DNA of 64,000 bases from Candidatus Multivoradales bacterium (GCA_965223325.1 CBDCWI010000001.1:1248001-1312000); one strand, 5' to 3'. Shown: positions 39,958 to 50,396, counted from the first letter of the stretch. Notes: generated from the sequence alone by a model not told the origin. Numbers and translations are program-made.

Positions 39958-40717
39958 GCTCCCCATCGACCCTCGTTCCAAAGGTGCCGCCCGTCTCGGC
40001 CTGCGCGTTGTGCGCGGAGGAAAGAAGCCCCCCACTCGCCGCGACGTGATTCGCCGTGCGGCTCTCGGGCTGACTGCCTTTGGAGTTTCTTCGCTGCCAG
40101 GTCCCCTGGCGCACGAAGCCGCGGCTGCGGTGCACCGACTGGTCAACCAGGAGCAGGAAGATGACGGCTACCAGCCGCGAGCGTTTCTTCCGCACGAGTG
40201 GCGACTGCTGCGTACTCTCGCTGAGATGATCCTGCCGGCTGATGAGATCTCTGGCAGCGCAGTCGACGCAGGTGCGCCGGAGTTCATCGACCTCCTGGCG
40301 AGCGAGAACCCACGTCTCAAGCGCATCTTCACTTCTGGAATGCTGTGGCTCGAGCACGAAAGCAAGCGGCGCTTCAACGCGAACTTCACCGACGCCCCGT
40401 TGACAGAACGCCACGCCTTGCTCGGTGCTCTGGCCGACACGATCGCGCCCGAAGACCCGGGTTACCCCGGCTACATCGAGTCGATCGAGTACGCAGGTTT
40501 TCGCGACTACACCGGCGAGACCTGGAGCGACGACGCCCACGGTGTGGTGTTCTTCGGCTGGCTCAGGCGCCTGGTCGTCGATGCCTTCTACACCAGCCCA
40601 ATGGGAATCAAAGACGTGGGTTACGTCGGCAACACCTACGTCAAAGACTTCGAAGTGCCAAAGGAGTCGATCCGGTTCGCCGTCGACGGCAGCCCCTTCG
40701 ACGACGAACCGGCGTAG
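39950..40717 (+). CDS. Gluconate 2-dehydrogenase subunit 3 family protein (small subunit)
   Basis: Tat-like TRRDVI; ILPAD..GSA.DAG.PEFID, FYTS..G..D.GY.GN; overlaps the GMC gene stop. Confidence 0.85.
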   Translation: MSELPIDPRSKGAARLGLRVVRGGKKPPTRRDVIRRAALGLTAFGVSSLPGPLAHEAAAAVHRLVNQEQEDDGYQPRAFLPHEWRLLRTLAEMILPADEISGSAVDAGAPEFIDLLASENPRLKRIFTSGMLWLEHESKRRFNANFTDAPLTERHALLGALADTIAPEDPGYPGYIESIEYAGFRDYTGETWSDDAHGVVFFGWLRRLVVDAFYTSPMGIKDVGYVGNTYVKDFEVPKESIRFAVDGSPFDDEPA

Positions 40718-40745
40718 CGCCTGCTAAGAGACCGCCAGCTCGGAC

Positions 40746-41135
40746 TCAGCCGACAGCGACCACGGCGACGGCTTCGACTTCGATCAGAAGCTGCGGCTGG
40801 AAGAGCGCCTGGACGCCAACGACGGTGTGCGCCGGGGGCGCGTCGCTGTCGGTGAAAACCCCGCCGTAGCCGGCGAAAGCATCGCCGACCTTCTCGGGTG
40901 TGTAGTCGACGATGAACGTCACCAGCTTGACGACGTCTGCCGCCGAAGCACCGACCGCCGCCAGGCGCTTCGCCATCGAAGCGTAGAGATTCCGACTTTG
41001 CTCTGCCAATGATTCCCCTTCCCCGATTTGACCAGAGATGTAGATCGTCTTGACGCCGTTGGCTTCTACGCTCACTGCCTGGCTGTAGCCGGCCGGCATG
41101 ACTTCGTGGTGGACCTTGTCGAGTTGTGTGGTCAC
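40746..41135 (-). CDS. RidA/YjgF family protein
   Basis: GYSQAV, IYISGQ, DVVKL, PAHT.VGV.AL..P.LLIEVEA; GGGAG RBS before GTG 41135. Confidence 0.85.
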   Translation of the reverse strand: MTTQLDKVHHEVMPAGYSQAVSVEANGVKTIYISGQIGEGESLAEQSRNLYASMAKRLAAVGASAADVVKLVTFIVDYTPEKVGDAFAGYGGVFTDSDAPPAHTVVGVQALFQPQLLIEVEAVAVVAVG

Positions 41136-41238
41136 AGAGACTCCCGCGATGGCCGCAACGTGGCCGCTCGAGGGGAATCCTCGCGGGCGCTCGGCGGCGA
41201 TCGGTTGTTGAAGATGCTGGCAGTGTAGCCGGGGGCCC

Positions 41239-42840
41239 TCAGGGCCCACCGGGTAGAGAAGGGAGCGCGCGTGCCTCTGTGAGCCAGAGACTCGCTCGCT
41301 CGAGGGTCGGGTCTAGCGAAACCGAACGTTCGAGGTGCTCGATCGCGGGCTCCCTCTGCCCACGGCCCAGAGCCACCGACCCCAGCCACATTTCAGCGCG
41401 GGCGGCGGCAGTGGCGGGCAACCCAGCGGCGAGCTGGCCTTCTAGAAGCGCCACGGCACGGTCGACCGCCCCCAGCAACAACAACATCTCGGTGGCCTGG
41501 ACGCGCTCGTTCGGGTCCACCGGAGGCGCGATCTCGAGTGCCTCTCCCAGCGCGCCGACCGCCTGCTCACGGCGGCCGGCCTGCAGAAGCGCGATCGCTC
41601 TCGGCATGTAGGCACGTTTCTCTTCCGGGTCATCTTCGAGGACCCGGTCGAAACCCGCCGCGGCCTCGGCAAAACGCTCGGCCGCAAGATCGATCTGGGC
41701 CAACCGGAAGCGGGCGAGTGCGAACGACGGCGCGATCTCGAGCGCTTGTCGGTAAAGAGCGGTCGCTCGGTCGAGATTGCCGCGCGTGCGTTCGAGCTCG
41801 CCGAGATCGAAACGGTAAGCCGCAACCCCAGGTGCCAGCCGAACTGCCTCGCGGTAGTGGTGGTCCGCCTCGTCGAGCTCTCCGAGGTGCCAACGCACCG
41901 CGGCAAGGCTCTTGTGCACCACCGCGTCCTCGGGAGCCAACTCGAGGGCACGCTCGAGCTCGGCGAGCTCGCGCTCGCTGTCGCCATCGAAGTGCGCGAC
42001 GGCAGCCCGCAGGAGATGCGGTGCCGCGCCCACCACACGATAGGAAAGGCTGGTCAGAACAGGGTCGGCACAACCTTGCCAGGTGGCCGCCGCAACCGCG
42101 ACGCCACCGACCTCGACTTTCGAGAGCTCGCGCCGCGCACCTTCGATGTCGCCAGACTCGCGCAGGAGAAGCGCCAGCGCGTAGCGCGCCGCCGCTAGAT
42201 CCTCTTCGATTGCCAGGGCCCGACGGTAGTGGTCGGCGGCGGTCGAATCGGCTAGAAGTCGCGCCGCTTCACCGCGGCCGTAGTGGGCCGCCGCGCAGCG
42301 TGGATCAGCCTGTGCCGCCTTCTCGAACAAGTCGTCGGCGTCCCGAGGCTCGGACTCCACTTCGAGAGCCAGGCGACCGCGGCGCAGGAGCGTCGGCGCG
42401 TCGGTGGGCGCGAGTGCCAGAGCTCGTGTGATCGCAGCAACTGCGTCGTGCGACTGGCCTCGCGCCTCGTAGACGTAGGCCAGGAGGTACCAGGAGCGAA
42501 ACGAATCCTCGTCGAGGGCAGCCAGGAGCTCCAGAACCGCGCTCGCCGGGGCGAGAAAGTCGTAGCCGAGGTAGAGGTCCGCGAGCAGAGTGAGGGCGTC
42601 GAACAACACCTGGCGCGCGCCGTCGCTTTGCCCGTCGAGTCGCGACTCGCCCGCCTTCTCGAGCAGCAACGCCACTTCGCGCTGGGCATCACCGAGCTGC
42701 CTCTGGACGGCGGGGTCGAGCGCCCCGAGATCGACCTCGGGCAGTGTCCACTCGAGAGCGCTCTCGGTCGACGAGGAGGCGAGCAAGGCTCCCGTTTGCG
42801 CCAGCACGACAAGCATCGCCCACACCAGCGGCCTCTTCAT
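41239..42840 (-). CDS. Secreted tetratricopeptide repeat protein
   Basis: Signal peptide; repeated A...Y..AL.L.P TPR units; ATGA overlap. Confidence 0.88.
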   Translation of the reverse strand: MKRPLVWAMLVVLAQTGALLASSSTESALEWTLPEVDLGALDPAVQRQLGDAQREVALLLEKAGESRLDGQSDGARQVLFDALTLLADLYLGYDFLAPASAVLELLAALDEDSFRSWYLLAYVYEARGQSHDAVAAITRALALAPTDAPTLLRRGRLALEVESEPRDADDLFEKAAQADPRCAAAHYGRGEAARLLADSTAADHYRRALAIEEDLAAARYALALLLRESGDIEGARRELSKVEVGGVAVAAATWQGCADPVLTSLSYRVVGAAPHLLRAAVAHFDGDSERELAELERALELAPEDAVVHKSLAAVRWHLGELDEADHHYREAVRLAPGVAAYRFDLGELERTRGNLDRATALYRQALEIAPSFALARFRLAQIDLAAERFAEAAAGFDRVLEDDPEEKRAYMPRAIALLQAGRREQAVGALGEALEIAPPVDPNERVQATEMLLLLGAVDRAVALLEGQLAAGLPATAAARAEMWLGSVALGRGQREPAIEHLERSVSLDPTLERASLWLTEARALPSLPGGP

Positions 42841-44606
42841 GGCGAGGCTCCACCCGATGCCGATGTTGCCGCTGGCACGCCCTCACGCGCTCGACCTTCT
42901 CCTTCGATGACCGTCGTGTAACGACCGGCGGACACTTCGAAGCGCTCGCTCGTGCCCGACAACCACTCGACGAGAATCTGCACCCGACCAGAGGCCGATA
43001 TCGCGGCACCGGGCAGGTATTCGAACAACGCCCGCGGGTCAGAGGCTGAGGCGTAACTGCCGTTGCTCGCCGGGCGGCGCCAGAAGAGGGGAGCGTGCGC
43101 GCCAGCCTCGCCAGGCGGCCCGAGAACAGCCACGCGGGCTCCTTCGGCGAGGCGAGTCAGACCAGTCGACACCTCGATGCGTGGTTCGATGCCCACCCAG
43201 GTAGCAACACGCGGTTGCGTACTGACGAGCAACTGCAGCGGCGCTTCGATATTGCTGATCACCACCTCGAGATCGCCGTCAGAGTCGAGGTCACCCACCG
43301 CAAGGCCGCGCGACGTGTCGCGGCGCTCGAAGGCCGCCCCGAGGCGATCGGTGATGTCGTCGAAACGACCCGGAGCCGTCTGGCGGTAGCCCAGATTGCG
43401 CTGGCCGAGAGCGAAGTCTTCTCCACGCTTCTGCTCGGGGGTATGCACGGCACCGTTGACCGCCAACAAGTCGAGTAGACCGTCGCGGTCGAGGTCCAGC
43501 CAGGTGGTCCCGAAGCCGGTGAAGGGAACGCTCGTGGAGCCCAGCCCGGAACTGCCGGTGGCGTCCTCGAAGAAGCCCTCGCCCTGGTTGCGATAGAGGG
43601 TGTTGGTTTCGCCATCGAGATGGGTCAAGAAGAGATCGATGCGGCCGTCAGAATCGAAGTCGCCGGCCGCTACTCCCATGCTCGCCTCGGGTCGTCCGAG
43701 CCGATTGACCGCGGTGCCAGCAAGCAAGGCCTCGTCGCGAAACGTCCCGTCACCCTGGTTGAACCACAACCGGTTCGCCATGCCGTCGTTGGCGACATAC
43801 AGGTCGAGCAAACCGTCACTGTTGAAGTCCGCCGCGACCGCACCAAGGGCGGCGCCAGGAACGCCGAGGCCGGCGACCTCGGTTCGATCTTCGAAACGTC
43901 CGTTGCCGAGGTTGCGGTAGAGGCGATCGACGCTCGGCTCGTAAGAGAGTGGACCGCAGTAGTCGCGCGCTCCAGCCAGGGTGCGACACTCCTTGTTGAT
44001 CGCCAAGGAGTACTCGACGTAGTTGCCGACAAAGAGATCGAGCCAGCCGTCGTTGTCGTAGTCGAGAAACACCGCCGGCACGCTCCACTTCGGGTCGTCG
44101 ACACCGGCCGATCCAGCGACCTCGGCAAAGGTGCCGCTGCCGTCGTTTCGCCACAGGGCATTGCGCCCGAAGCGTGTGACATAGGCATCGAGATCACCGT
44201 CGTTGTCGTAGTCGCCGACGGCGATGCCATGGCCATAGCCACTCCCGTCAGCGGGCAGTGCACTCTCGATGCGCCGGAAGTTCAACTCGGTGCTCTCCGC
44301 GCTCGTCTGGTTGCGGAAGATGACATCTCCCGGAGCAGCGGTGTCGGGCGTCGCCTCTCCCAGCGAACTGCCCTGGACCAACCAGAGGTCGAGGTCTCCG
44401 TCGCCATCCTGGTCAAACAGAGCGACGCCGCCACCGACCATCTCGGGCATGTACATGCGCCCGGTCATACCGTTCTGGTAGACGAAGTCGACCCCGAGCG
44501 CTGCGGCTCGATCGACCAGAACGATCGCATCTTCGTTCTCCGTAGCGGACAACCCGCTCGCCCAGGAGAGAACGATCAGGGAAAGGGTGATCACAGACCG
44601 GGTCAT
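42837..44606 (-). CDS. CRTAC1/ASPIC-UnbV family protein
   Basis: YMPEMVGGGVALFD.DGDG, FG-GAP repeats, GSYASASDPR. Confidence 0.9.
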   Translation of the reverse strand: MTRSVITLSLIVLSWASGLSATENEDAIVLVDRAAALGVDFVYQNGMTGRMYMPEMVGGGVALFDQDGDGDLDLWLVQGSSLGEATPDTAAPGDVIFRNQTSAESTELNFRRIESALPADGSGYGHGIAVGDYDNDGDLDAYVTRFGRNALWRNDGSGTFAEVAGSAGVDDPKWSVPAVFLDYDNDGWLDLFVGNYVEYSLAINKECRTLAGARDYCGPLSYEPSVDRLYRNLGNGRFEDRTEVAGLGVPGAALGAVAADFNSDGLLDLYVANDGMANRLWFNQGDGTFRDEALLAGTAVNRLGRPEASMGVAAGDFDSDGRIDLFLTHLDGETNTLYRNQGEGFFEDATGSSGLGSTSVPFTGFGTTWLDLDRDGLLDLLAVNGAVHTPEQKRGEDFALGQRNLGYRQTAPGRFDDITDRLGAAFERRDTSRGLAVGDLDSDGDLEVVISNIEAPLQLLVSTQPRVATWVGIEPRIEVSTGLTRLAEGARVAVLGPPGEAGAHAPLFWRRPASNGSYASASDPRALFEYLPGAAISASGRVQILVEWLSGTSERFEVSAGRYTTVIEGEGRAREGVPAATSASGGASP

Positions 44607-46789
44607 GAGCCGGCTCGCTGCCCGGGTGCGGCATGTAGAAGCACGACGATCTCCTCACCGCTTTCGAACACCCATGCCTGACGTTTGCGGTAGGCATCGA
44701 GCCGGCGGCTGGCAACGCCGCCGGGAGCCCCGACGGCAGCGGCCTGTAGATCTTCGGCATCGCCCCAGCGCGCCAACTCCGCCAGCGCCATCGCGGCGGT
44801 CTCCTGCCGCGCCGAGGAGTCGCCAATCGAACGCAGGCGTTGAATCAATTCGTATGCCAACGCTCCGTTCCGGTCGTTGGTGTCGGGCGCACTGGCGAGC
44901 AGGCGTGCGAGGGCATGAGCGAACCGTTCGTCGCGTGGGAAAACCTGCAGTGCCTCGCGGAGCCGCTCACGGGCGAGATGATAGTCAGCGGCGAGCAGGC
45001 GGGCCGTGATTTCGCCGCGCCAGGCGTCGGCGGCACGCGGTGTGACTTCGACGATGCGCGCGTAGGCAGTTGCCGCGTCCGCGTAGCGCCCGACATGACC
45101 CAACAGCGAAGCGCGAAGCGAAAGCGCCTGCATGACGGACTCGACGTTCTCCCCATCCTTCGTTGTATCGGCATTCGCCGAGAGCGCCTCTTCGAGGGTC
45201 AAGAGAGCATCTTCGAAGCGCGCGCTTTCAACCTCGACCCGTGCCGCTCTGACAGCGAGCGCCAGGGCATCTCCTGAATCTCCGGGAGGCGTACCAGCCG
45301 CTGCGGCACGCTCCCTCTGCGCTTCCTCCTCCCTTCCGAAGCGTGCGAGTGCCGCAGCGTAGGCCAAACGCAAGTCGGGGTCTCTTGGTTCGGCAGCCAG
45401 CGCTCGCTCGAAGTCACGCAACGCCAGGTCCCGAGCGCGGCGAGCGTCATGCGGCGCCCCGTTCGACGCGGCGTTGATCGATTGGTTGACGCGCGCCGTG
45501 GCGCGTTTCTCGAGCAGCGCCGCGTTGTCGGGCTGGCGCACCAGCAGATCATCGTAGTGCCCAATCGCAGCTGCCCATTCCTTCTGCCGCGAGAGAGCGT
45601 TGGCCAGGAGTAGCGCGACGTCCGCTCGCTCGGGGTCGAGAGCGAGCGACCGCTCGAACCATGGAATCGCCTCCTGGTCGCGCTTCTCGAGCACATGGTT
45701 CTCGGCAATCAAACGATGAATCTCGGCCTGCTGCCTGCTCTGTCGCGCCGGGTCATCGACCCTGGCACGCTCGAGAGACTCCTCGAGGACTGCCATCGAC
45801 CCAGCCCGGTCGCCGAGCTCGTGCAGACTGAACGCCAGCCCTCGCCAGGCCACGAAGTCGGTGGAGTCATGATCGAGCGCGCGACGGTAGAAGTCGGCCG
45901 CCATGTCGTAGCGCTCGTTTTCCATCGCCTGTCCCGCCTGGGCGAGGTAGTAGCCGGCACTCCGCCCCAGGGTGGCGACCGGGGCCAGCAGCGGGTCGTC
46001 GATGGGCACTTGGATGTCGCCGCGACGCGCGAGGTGGAACTGGGCGCGCTCGGAGTCGCCGAGGCGGCGATGTGCCTGACCGAGGGCATAGTGAAGCCAG
46101 TTGGCTTCGGGTGCGAGCTCGAGGGCGCGTCCGAAGAGGGCCACCGCCTCCTCCGGCTGGTCGCGGGCGGAGAGAACCCGGCCGAGCCCGGCGAGCACTG
46201 CCGCGTTCTCGGGCCCCTCAAGGGCGAGCTCACGGTAGAGCGCTTCGGCGCGCTCCATCTCGCCGCGTTCCAGTCTCACTGCCGCGACCCGCAGGCGCGT
46301 CAATCGGTTTTCCGGTGAATGTTCGAGTGCTCGATCGAACGACTCGAGGGCGACTTCGGTTTGCCCCTGCATACTGGCCAGGTAGCCGAGCAGGTACGGC
46401 CAGCGCGAGTCGCGCGGCAGCAACCGCTCAGCGTTTGCAAAGCAGACCTCGGCCGGGCCGAAGAACTCGTAGGCAAGGAGAGTGACGCCGGCGCGCCCGA
46501 AGGCCTCTGCCAGACGCTCTCGCTCAGGCGGAGGACTCTCTTGGCCTAGCTGCTCGAGCTCGGTTTGCAGCACCTCGACCTGCTGACGCACTTCTTCGCC
46601 GGCGCGCTCGAGGGCTGGCCAGGGAACCACCTCGAGATCAAACGACGCCGCACTCGCCCGACTCTCTTCCTGTTCTCCGAAACGACAGCCGAGCACCAGC
46701 AGCACGAGAGCCAGAAGCAGGAGAGGCTGAACCGAAACACCCAGCGGGCGACCTCGGAGAGAGCGGCGCAAGAAGCGAGCAGGGTTCAT
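44603..46789 (-). CDS. Tetratricopeptide repeat lipoprotein
   Basis: Lipobox VLGC; many TPRs; C-terminal LARLLASAP...RNG..A...TAAMALAELARW motif. Confidence 0.88.
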   Translation of the reverse strand: MNPARFLRRSLRGRPLGVSVQPLLLLALVLLVLGCRFGEQEESRASAASFDLEVVPWPALERAGEEVRQQVEVLQTELEQLGQESPPPERERLAEAFGRAGVTLLAYEFFGPAEVCFANAERLLPRDSRWPYLLGYLASMQGQTEVALESFDRALEHSPENRLTRLRVAAVRLERGEMERAEALYRELALEGPENAAVLAGLGRVLSARDQPEEAVALFGRALELAPEANWLHYALGQAHRRLGDSERAQFHLARRGDIQVPIDDPLLAPVATLGRSAGYYLAQAGQAMENERYDMAADFYRRALDHDSTDFVAWRGLAFSLHELGDRAGSMAVLEESLERARVDDPARQSRQQAEIHRLIAENHVLEKRDQEAIPWFERSLALDPERADVALLLANALSRQKEWAAAIGHYDDLLVRQPDNAALLEKRATARVNQSINAASNGAPHDARRARDLALRDFERALAAEPRDPDLRLAYAAALARFGREEEAQRERAAAAGTPPGDSGDALALAVRAARVEVESARFEDALLTLEEALSANADTTKDGENVESVMQALSLRASLLGHVGRYADAATAYARIVEVTPRAADAWRGEITARLLAADYHLARERLREALQVFPRDERFAHALARLLASAPDTNDRNGALAYELIQRLRSIGDSSARQETAAMALAELARWGDAEDLQAAAVGAPGGVASRRLDAYRKRQAWVFESGEEIVVLLHAAPGQRAGS

Positions 46790-48585
46790 GACGACTCAGC
46801 TCCTTCGCCACGCTGCAGCGTGTGGTACGTGCCAGGTTCGAGCCCGCTCCAGCTCTCGCGGGTACCGTCTGCCCAACGAACGGTCACGCTGTGCCCACCG
46901 GCCGGCGGCTTGCTCGAACCGAGCCCGAAAAGGATCCGCTCGTCACTCGCCGACGCGAAGCTGCCCTCGACCCGCACGCGGCGGGTCTGTGGCTCGCGCG
47001 CCGAGACGAGCGTCGCGCGGGCACCGATCGCTGCCATCCCTGGAGAGTGCGCGTCGCCAGCGGACTCAATGAGGGCGACCCCGAGCCAGTTGTCGCTCTT
47101 CGCCGCCTGGCCCATCAGTAGGCGGGCCGCTCCGCCGTTGTTCGAGATGAGAAGGTCGAGGTCGCCGTCGTTGTCGAGATCACCGACTGCCAGGCCGCGA
47201 CTGACTTCTGACGCTGCGAACGCCGGGCCGGCCTGGGCCGGCGGCACGACCTCGAAACGCTGGCCGCCCTCGTTGCGCAGTAACCGGTTGGGTTCGTGAA
47301 AGGGGAACTCGTCTCCCCGGCGGACGAGCTCTTCGAGCCTGCGTACGGCGCCCGAGACGGTCACCAGGTCGAGCCATCCGTCGAGATCGAAGTCCACGAA
47401 GGCGGTCCCGAACGAAGTCTGCAGGCGGCTGGGGGCGGCGAGACCAAAACTCTCGGTCCGGTCCAGGAAGCCACCGCGGCCGTCGCTCAAGTAGAGTGTG
47501 TCGGTTTCGCTGATCAAGTGGGTCATGAAGAGGTCGAGGTCACCGTCGCCATCGACGTCGCCGGCATCAACTCCCATACTGGCCTCAGAACGACCCGAAG
47601 CGTTCAGCGCAACGCCAGCCATGAGGCCGGTTTCTTCGAAGCTCCCGTCGCTTTGGTTCCGCCACAGGTGGTTCTCGCGGCCATCGTTGGCGACATAGAG
47701 GTCGAGCGCACCGTCTTCGTCCACATCCAGAAGCAGCACGCCAAGCGCTGGGCCCGCTTGCTCCGAAAGACCGGCGGCGGCCGACACATCGACGAAGCCA
47801 AGCTCACCGTCGTTTCTGAACAGGCGGTCCGGAAGGGGTTGAAAGCTCTCCGGCCCGCAGTAGTCGATTGAGCCAGCAAAGTCCCGACACACCGGCAGCG
47901 GCGCACCGGGTTCGGGCTGATCGAGGTAGTTGCCGACGTAGAGATCAAGGTCGCGATCGCCGTCGAAGTCGAAGAACGCAGCGGGCACACTCCAGCGCGG
48001 TTCAGCGGTCCCGCTGGCATCGGTGATGTCTTCGAAGGTTCCATCACCGAGGTTGCGCAGCATCTGGTTGTCGCGAAGGGCGGTCACGTAGAGGTCAGGC
48101 CAGCCATCGGCATCGATATCGCCAACGGCGACGGCCATCCCATAGCCGGAGCCGAGATCGCCGGAGTGCGTCGTGACGTCGGTGAAGCGCAGAGCTCCCG
48201 CGCCGTCGCTGTCGTTGCGATACAGGCGATCGTTCGAAGCCTGCGGGTCGGTGCCGTTCTGCCCTCGCCGGTCGAACAACGGCCCACCCTGCACCAGGTA
48301 GACATCGAGGTCGCCGTCGCGATCGAAATCGAAGAGCGCCAGACCGGAGCCACTGACCTCAGCCATGTTCCAGGCACCCGCAACACCATTGTCATGCACG
48401 AAGTCAAGACCAGCCTCGGCCGTCTGGTCGACGAACCACGCTGAGCTGGCAGCGCCGTCGTCCGAGACTGGCGTACCGGCGCCGGCAGATGACGCTTCAT
48501 CAGCTGCCTTGCCGACACAGCCGACCGCCCCCAGCACGACGAGAGCCAGCAGCAGACTTCGAGAGGGAGAATGCCCTGTCATCAT
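46786..48585 (-). CDS. CRTAC1/ASPIC-UnbV family lipoprotein
   Basis: Lipobox AVGC; FG-GAP repeats; GSFASASDERILFGLG. Confidence 0.9.
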   Translation of the reverse strand: MMTGHSPSRSLLLALVVLGAVGCVGKAADEASSAGAGTPVSDDGAASSAWFVDQTAEAGLDFVHDNGVAGAWNMAEVSGSGLALFDFDRDGDLDVYLVQGGPLFDRRGQNGTDPQASNDRLYRNDSDGAGALRFTDVTTHSGDLGSGYGMAVAVGDIDADGWPDLYVTALRDNQMLRNLGDGTFEDITDASGTAEPRWSVPAAFFDFDGDRDLDLYVGNYLDQPEPGAPLPVCRDFAGSIDYCGPESFQPLPDRLFRNDGELGFVDVSAAAGLSEQAGPALGVLLLDVDEDGALDLYVANDGRENHLWRNQSDGSFEETGLMAGVALNASGRSEASMGVDAGDVDGDGDLDLFMTHLISETDTLYLSDGRGGFLDRTESFGLAAPSRLQTSFGTAFVDFDLDGWLDLVTVSGAVRRLEELVRRGDEFPFHEPNRLLRNEGGQRFEVVPPAQAGPAFAASEVSRGLAVGDLDNDGDLDLLISNNGGAARLLMGQAAKSDNWLGVALIESAGDAHSPGMAAIGARATLVSAREPQTRRVRVEGSFASASDERILFGLGSSKPPAGGHSVTVRWADGTRESWSGLEPGTYHTLQRGEGAESS

Positions 48586-50396
48586 CGCGCACCAGCCCTT
48601 TCGGAGCTGCGCTCGACGACGCTGTAGACACCCATCGGTGGGGCCTCGAAGTCTTCGACCGAACCATCTGCCCAGCGAACCCGAAGACCGGTTGGAGCTT
48701 TGCCACCGGGAACTGCAAAACTGATGCGAGGATCGCCTGCCGAGGCGTAGCTGCCGTCAATGCGCACCCGCCGCCAGCCGAGCGGCTCTTCGGCGGAAAG
48801 GAGTGTTGCCATCGCGCCGTGTGCCGCACTGGCAACGCCGGCGGGAGAGCGTTCGCGAAGCTCGACACCGAGCCACTGCTCAGACTTGACGCGATTGCGC
48901 AGGACCTCGAGGGGGCCGTGATTGTTGGTCACCACCAGGTCGATCGCACCATCGTTATCGAGGTCGCCGGCGGCCACCCCACGACTGACGCGGGAACGCT
49001 CGAGGAGCTTGGCGTCCCACGAGGCGTCGGGCTCGACGAGCTCGAAGCGCGGCGCGCGACCGGAGTCGTCGCCGGTGTTTCGAAACCACTGGTTGGGCTG
49101 GTGAAGCGGGAAGGGATCGCCGGCGCGCTCGAGGGCCGGCAGTTTGGCGATCGCCCCGCTGGCGGTGAACAGGTCGAGGTCACCGTCGAGATCGAAGTCG
49201 AGCCAGACACTGCCGAACGACGTCACGTTGCGGCTCCCCGCTGCCAGCCCGAGGGTTTCGGTCGCGTCTTCGAAGCCCATCTCACCGTCGTTGCGGTAGT
49301 ACGTGTTGCTTTCGCGATCGAGGTGGGTCATGACCAGATCGAGATCACCGTCGAGATCGAGGTCGGCGGCATCGACCCCCATGCTGCCCTCAGCCTCGCC
49401 CGCATAGTTGAGCGCCGCACCCGACAGGAGGGCAACGTTTAAGAAGCCGCGCCCGATGCCTTCGATCTCGATGTTGCGCCACAACACGTTGGGCTCGGCA
49501 TCGTGAGCCACGTAGAGGTCCAGCCAGCCGTCGAGATCGAAATCGGCGGCGAGGGCGCCGAGTACCGGGCCCTCGAGCGCGCCAATACCCGTCGTTTCGG
49601 AAACGTCTTCGAAAGAACCGTCGCCGCGGTTGCGAAACAGACGGTCTGGTTGATAGCGAAAGCTGCCCGGACCGCAGTAGTCGAGCGCCCCGGTGCGTGA
49701 TTGACACCGCGGCGGATTGGTCTCCGGGTAGGTGACGTAGTTGCCCACAAAGAGATCGAGCCAGCCATCGCCGTCGTAGTCAAAGAAGCTCGCCGGAACC
49801 GAGAAACCACTCTCTCCGGTGCCCGAAGAGGTCGTCACGTCACGAAACACACCACCGTCGTTTCCGAGAAGAGTGTTCTGGCCGACTGCGGTGACATAGA
49901 GATCTGGATCACCGTCGCCGTCGAAGTCACCGCTGGCAACACCGATGCCGTAGCCGGGAAGCTCCGGAATGGCGTCGGGAACCAGTTCGAAGGCGAGCCT
50001 GGTCGACTGACCATCGTGCGCACGTTCGCTCGCCAGATTGCGGTAGAGCACCGACCGTCCGATGCTCTGGACAACGAAGAGATCCAGATCTCCGTCCAGT
50101 TCGATGTCGAGCAGCGCCGCCCCACTACCGAAGATCTCGAACATGTGGTCGTCGCCAGAACGGCCGCCGCGATGCTCGAACTCGAGACCAGCCGTGCGCG
50201 TCACGTCTTCAAAACCGCGGCCGCCGACCGTCGCGACGCCATCGGTGACCCGGTCGGCCTTGTCGACGTGCGGCTCCGCCGCCGACCTCCCACAGGCGCT
50301 GGCAGAGAGAGCGACCAGCGCGAGCGCGAGGCCATGAGCCAAGCGCACAGTAGCGCCGCTAGCGCGCCACATTTCCAGAGATGGGAGAGTTCGCAA
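48582..50396 (-). CDS. CRTAC1/ASPIC-UnbV family lipoprotein
   Basis: Lipobox ASAC; FG-GAP repeats; GSYASAGDPR; start uncertain. Confidence 0.88.
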   Translation of the reverse strand: MRTLPSLEMWRASGATVRLAHGLALALVALSASACGRSAAEPHVDKADRVTDGVATVGGRGFEDVTRTAGLEFEHRGGRSGDDHMFEIFGSGAALLDIELDGDLDLFVVQSIGRSVLYRNLASERAHDGQSTRLAFELVPDAIPELPGYGIGVASGDFDGDGDPDLYVTAVGQNTLLGNDGGVFRDVTTSSGTGESGFSVPASFFDYDGDGWLDLFVGNYVTYPETNPPRCQSRTGALDYCGPGSFRYQPDRLFRNRGDGSFEDVSETTGIGALEGPVLGALAADFDLDGWLDLYVAHDAEPNVLWRNIEIEGIGRGFLNVALLSGAALNYAGEAEGSMGVDAADLDLDGDLDLVMTHLDRESNTYYRNDGEMGFEDATETLGLAAGSRNVTSFGSVWLDFDLDGDLDLFTASGAIAKLPALERAGDPFPLHQPNQWFRNTGDDSGRAPRFELVEPDASWDAKLLERSRVSRGVAAGDLDNDGAIDLVVTNNHGPLEVLRNRVKSEQWLGVELRERSPAGVASAAHGAMATLLSAEEPLGWRRVRIDGSYASAGDPRISFAVPGGKAPTGLRVRWADGSVEDFEAPPMGVYSVVERSSERAGAR

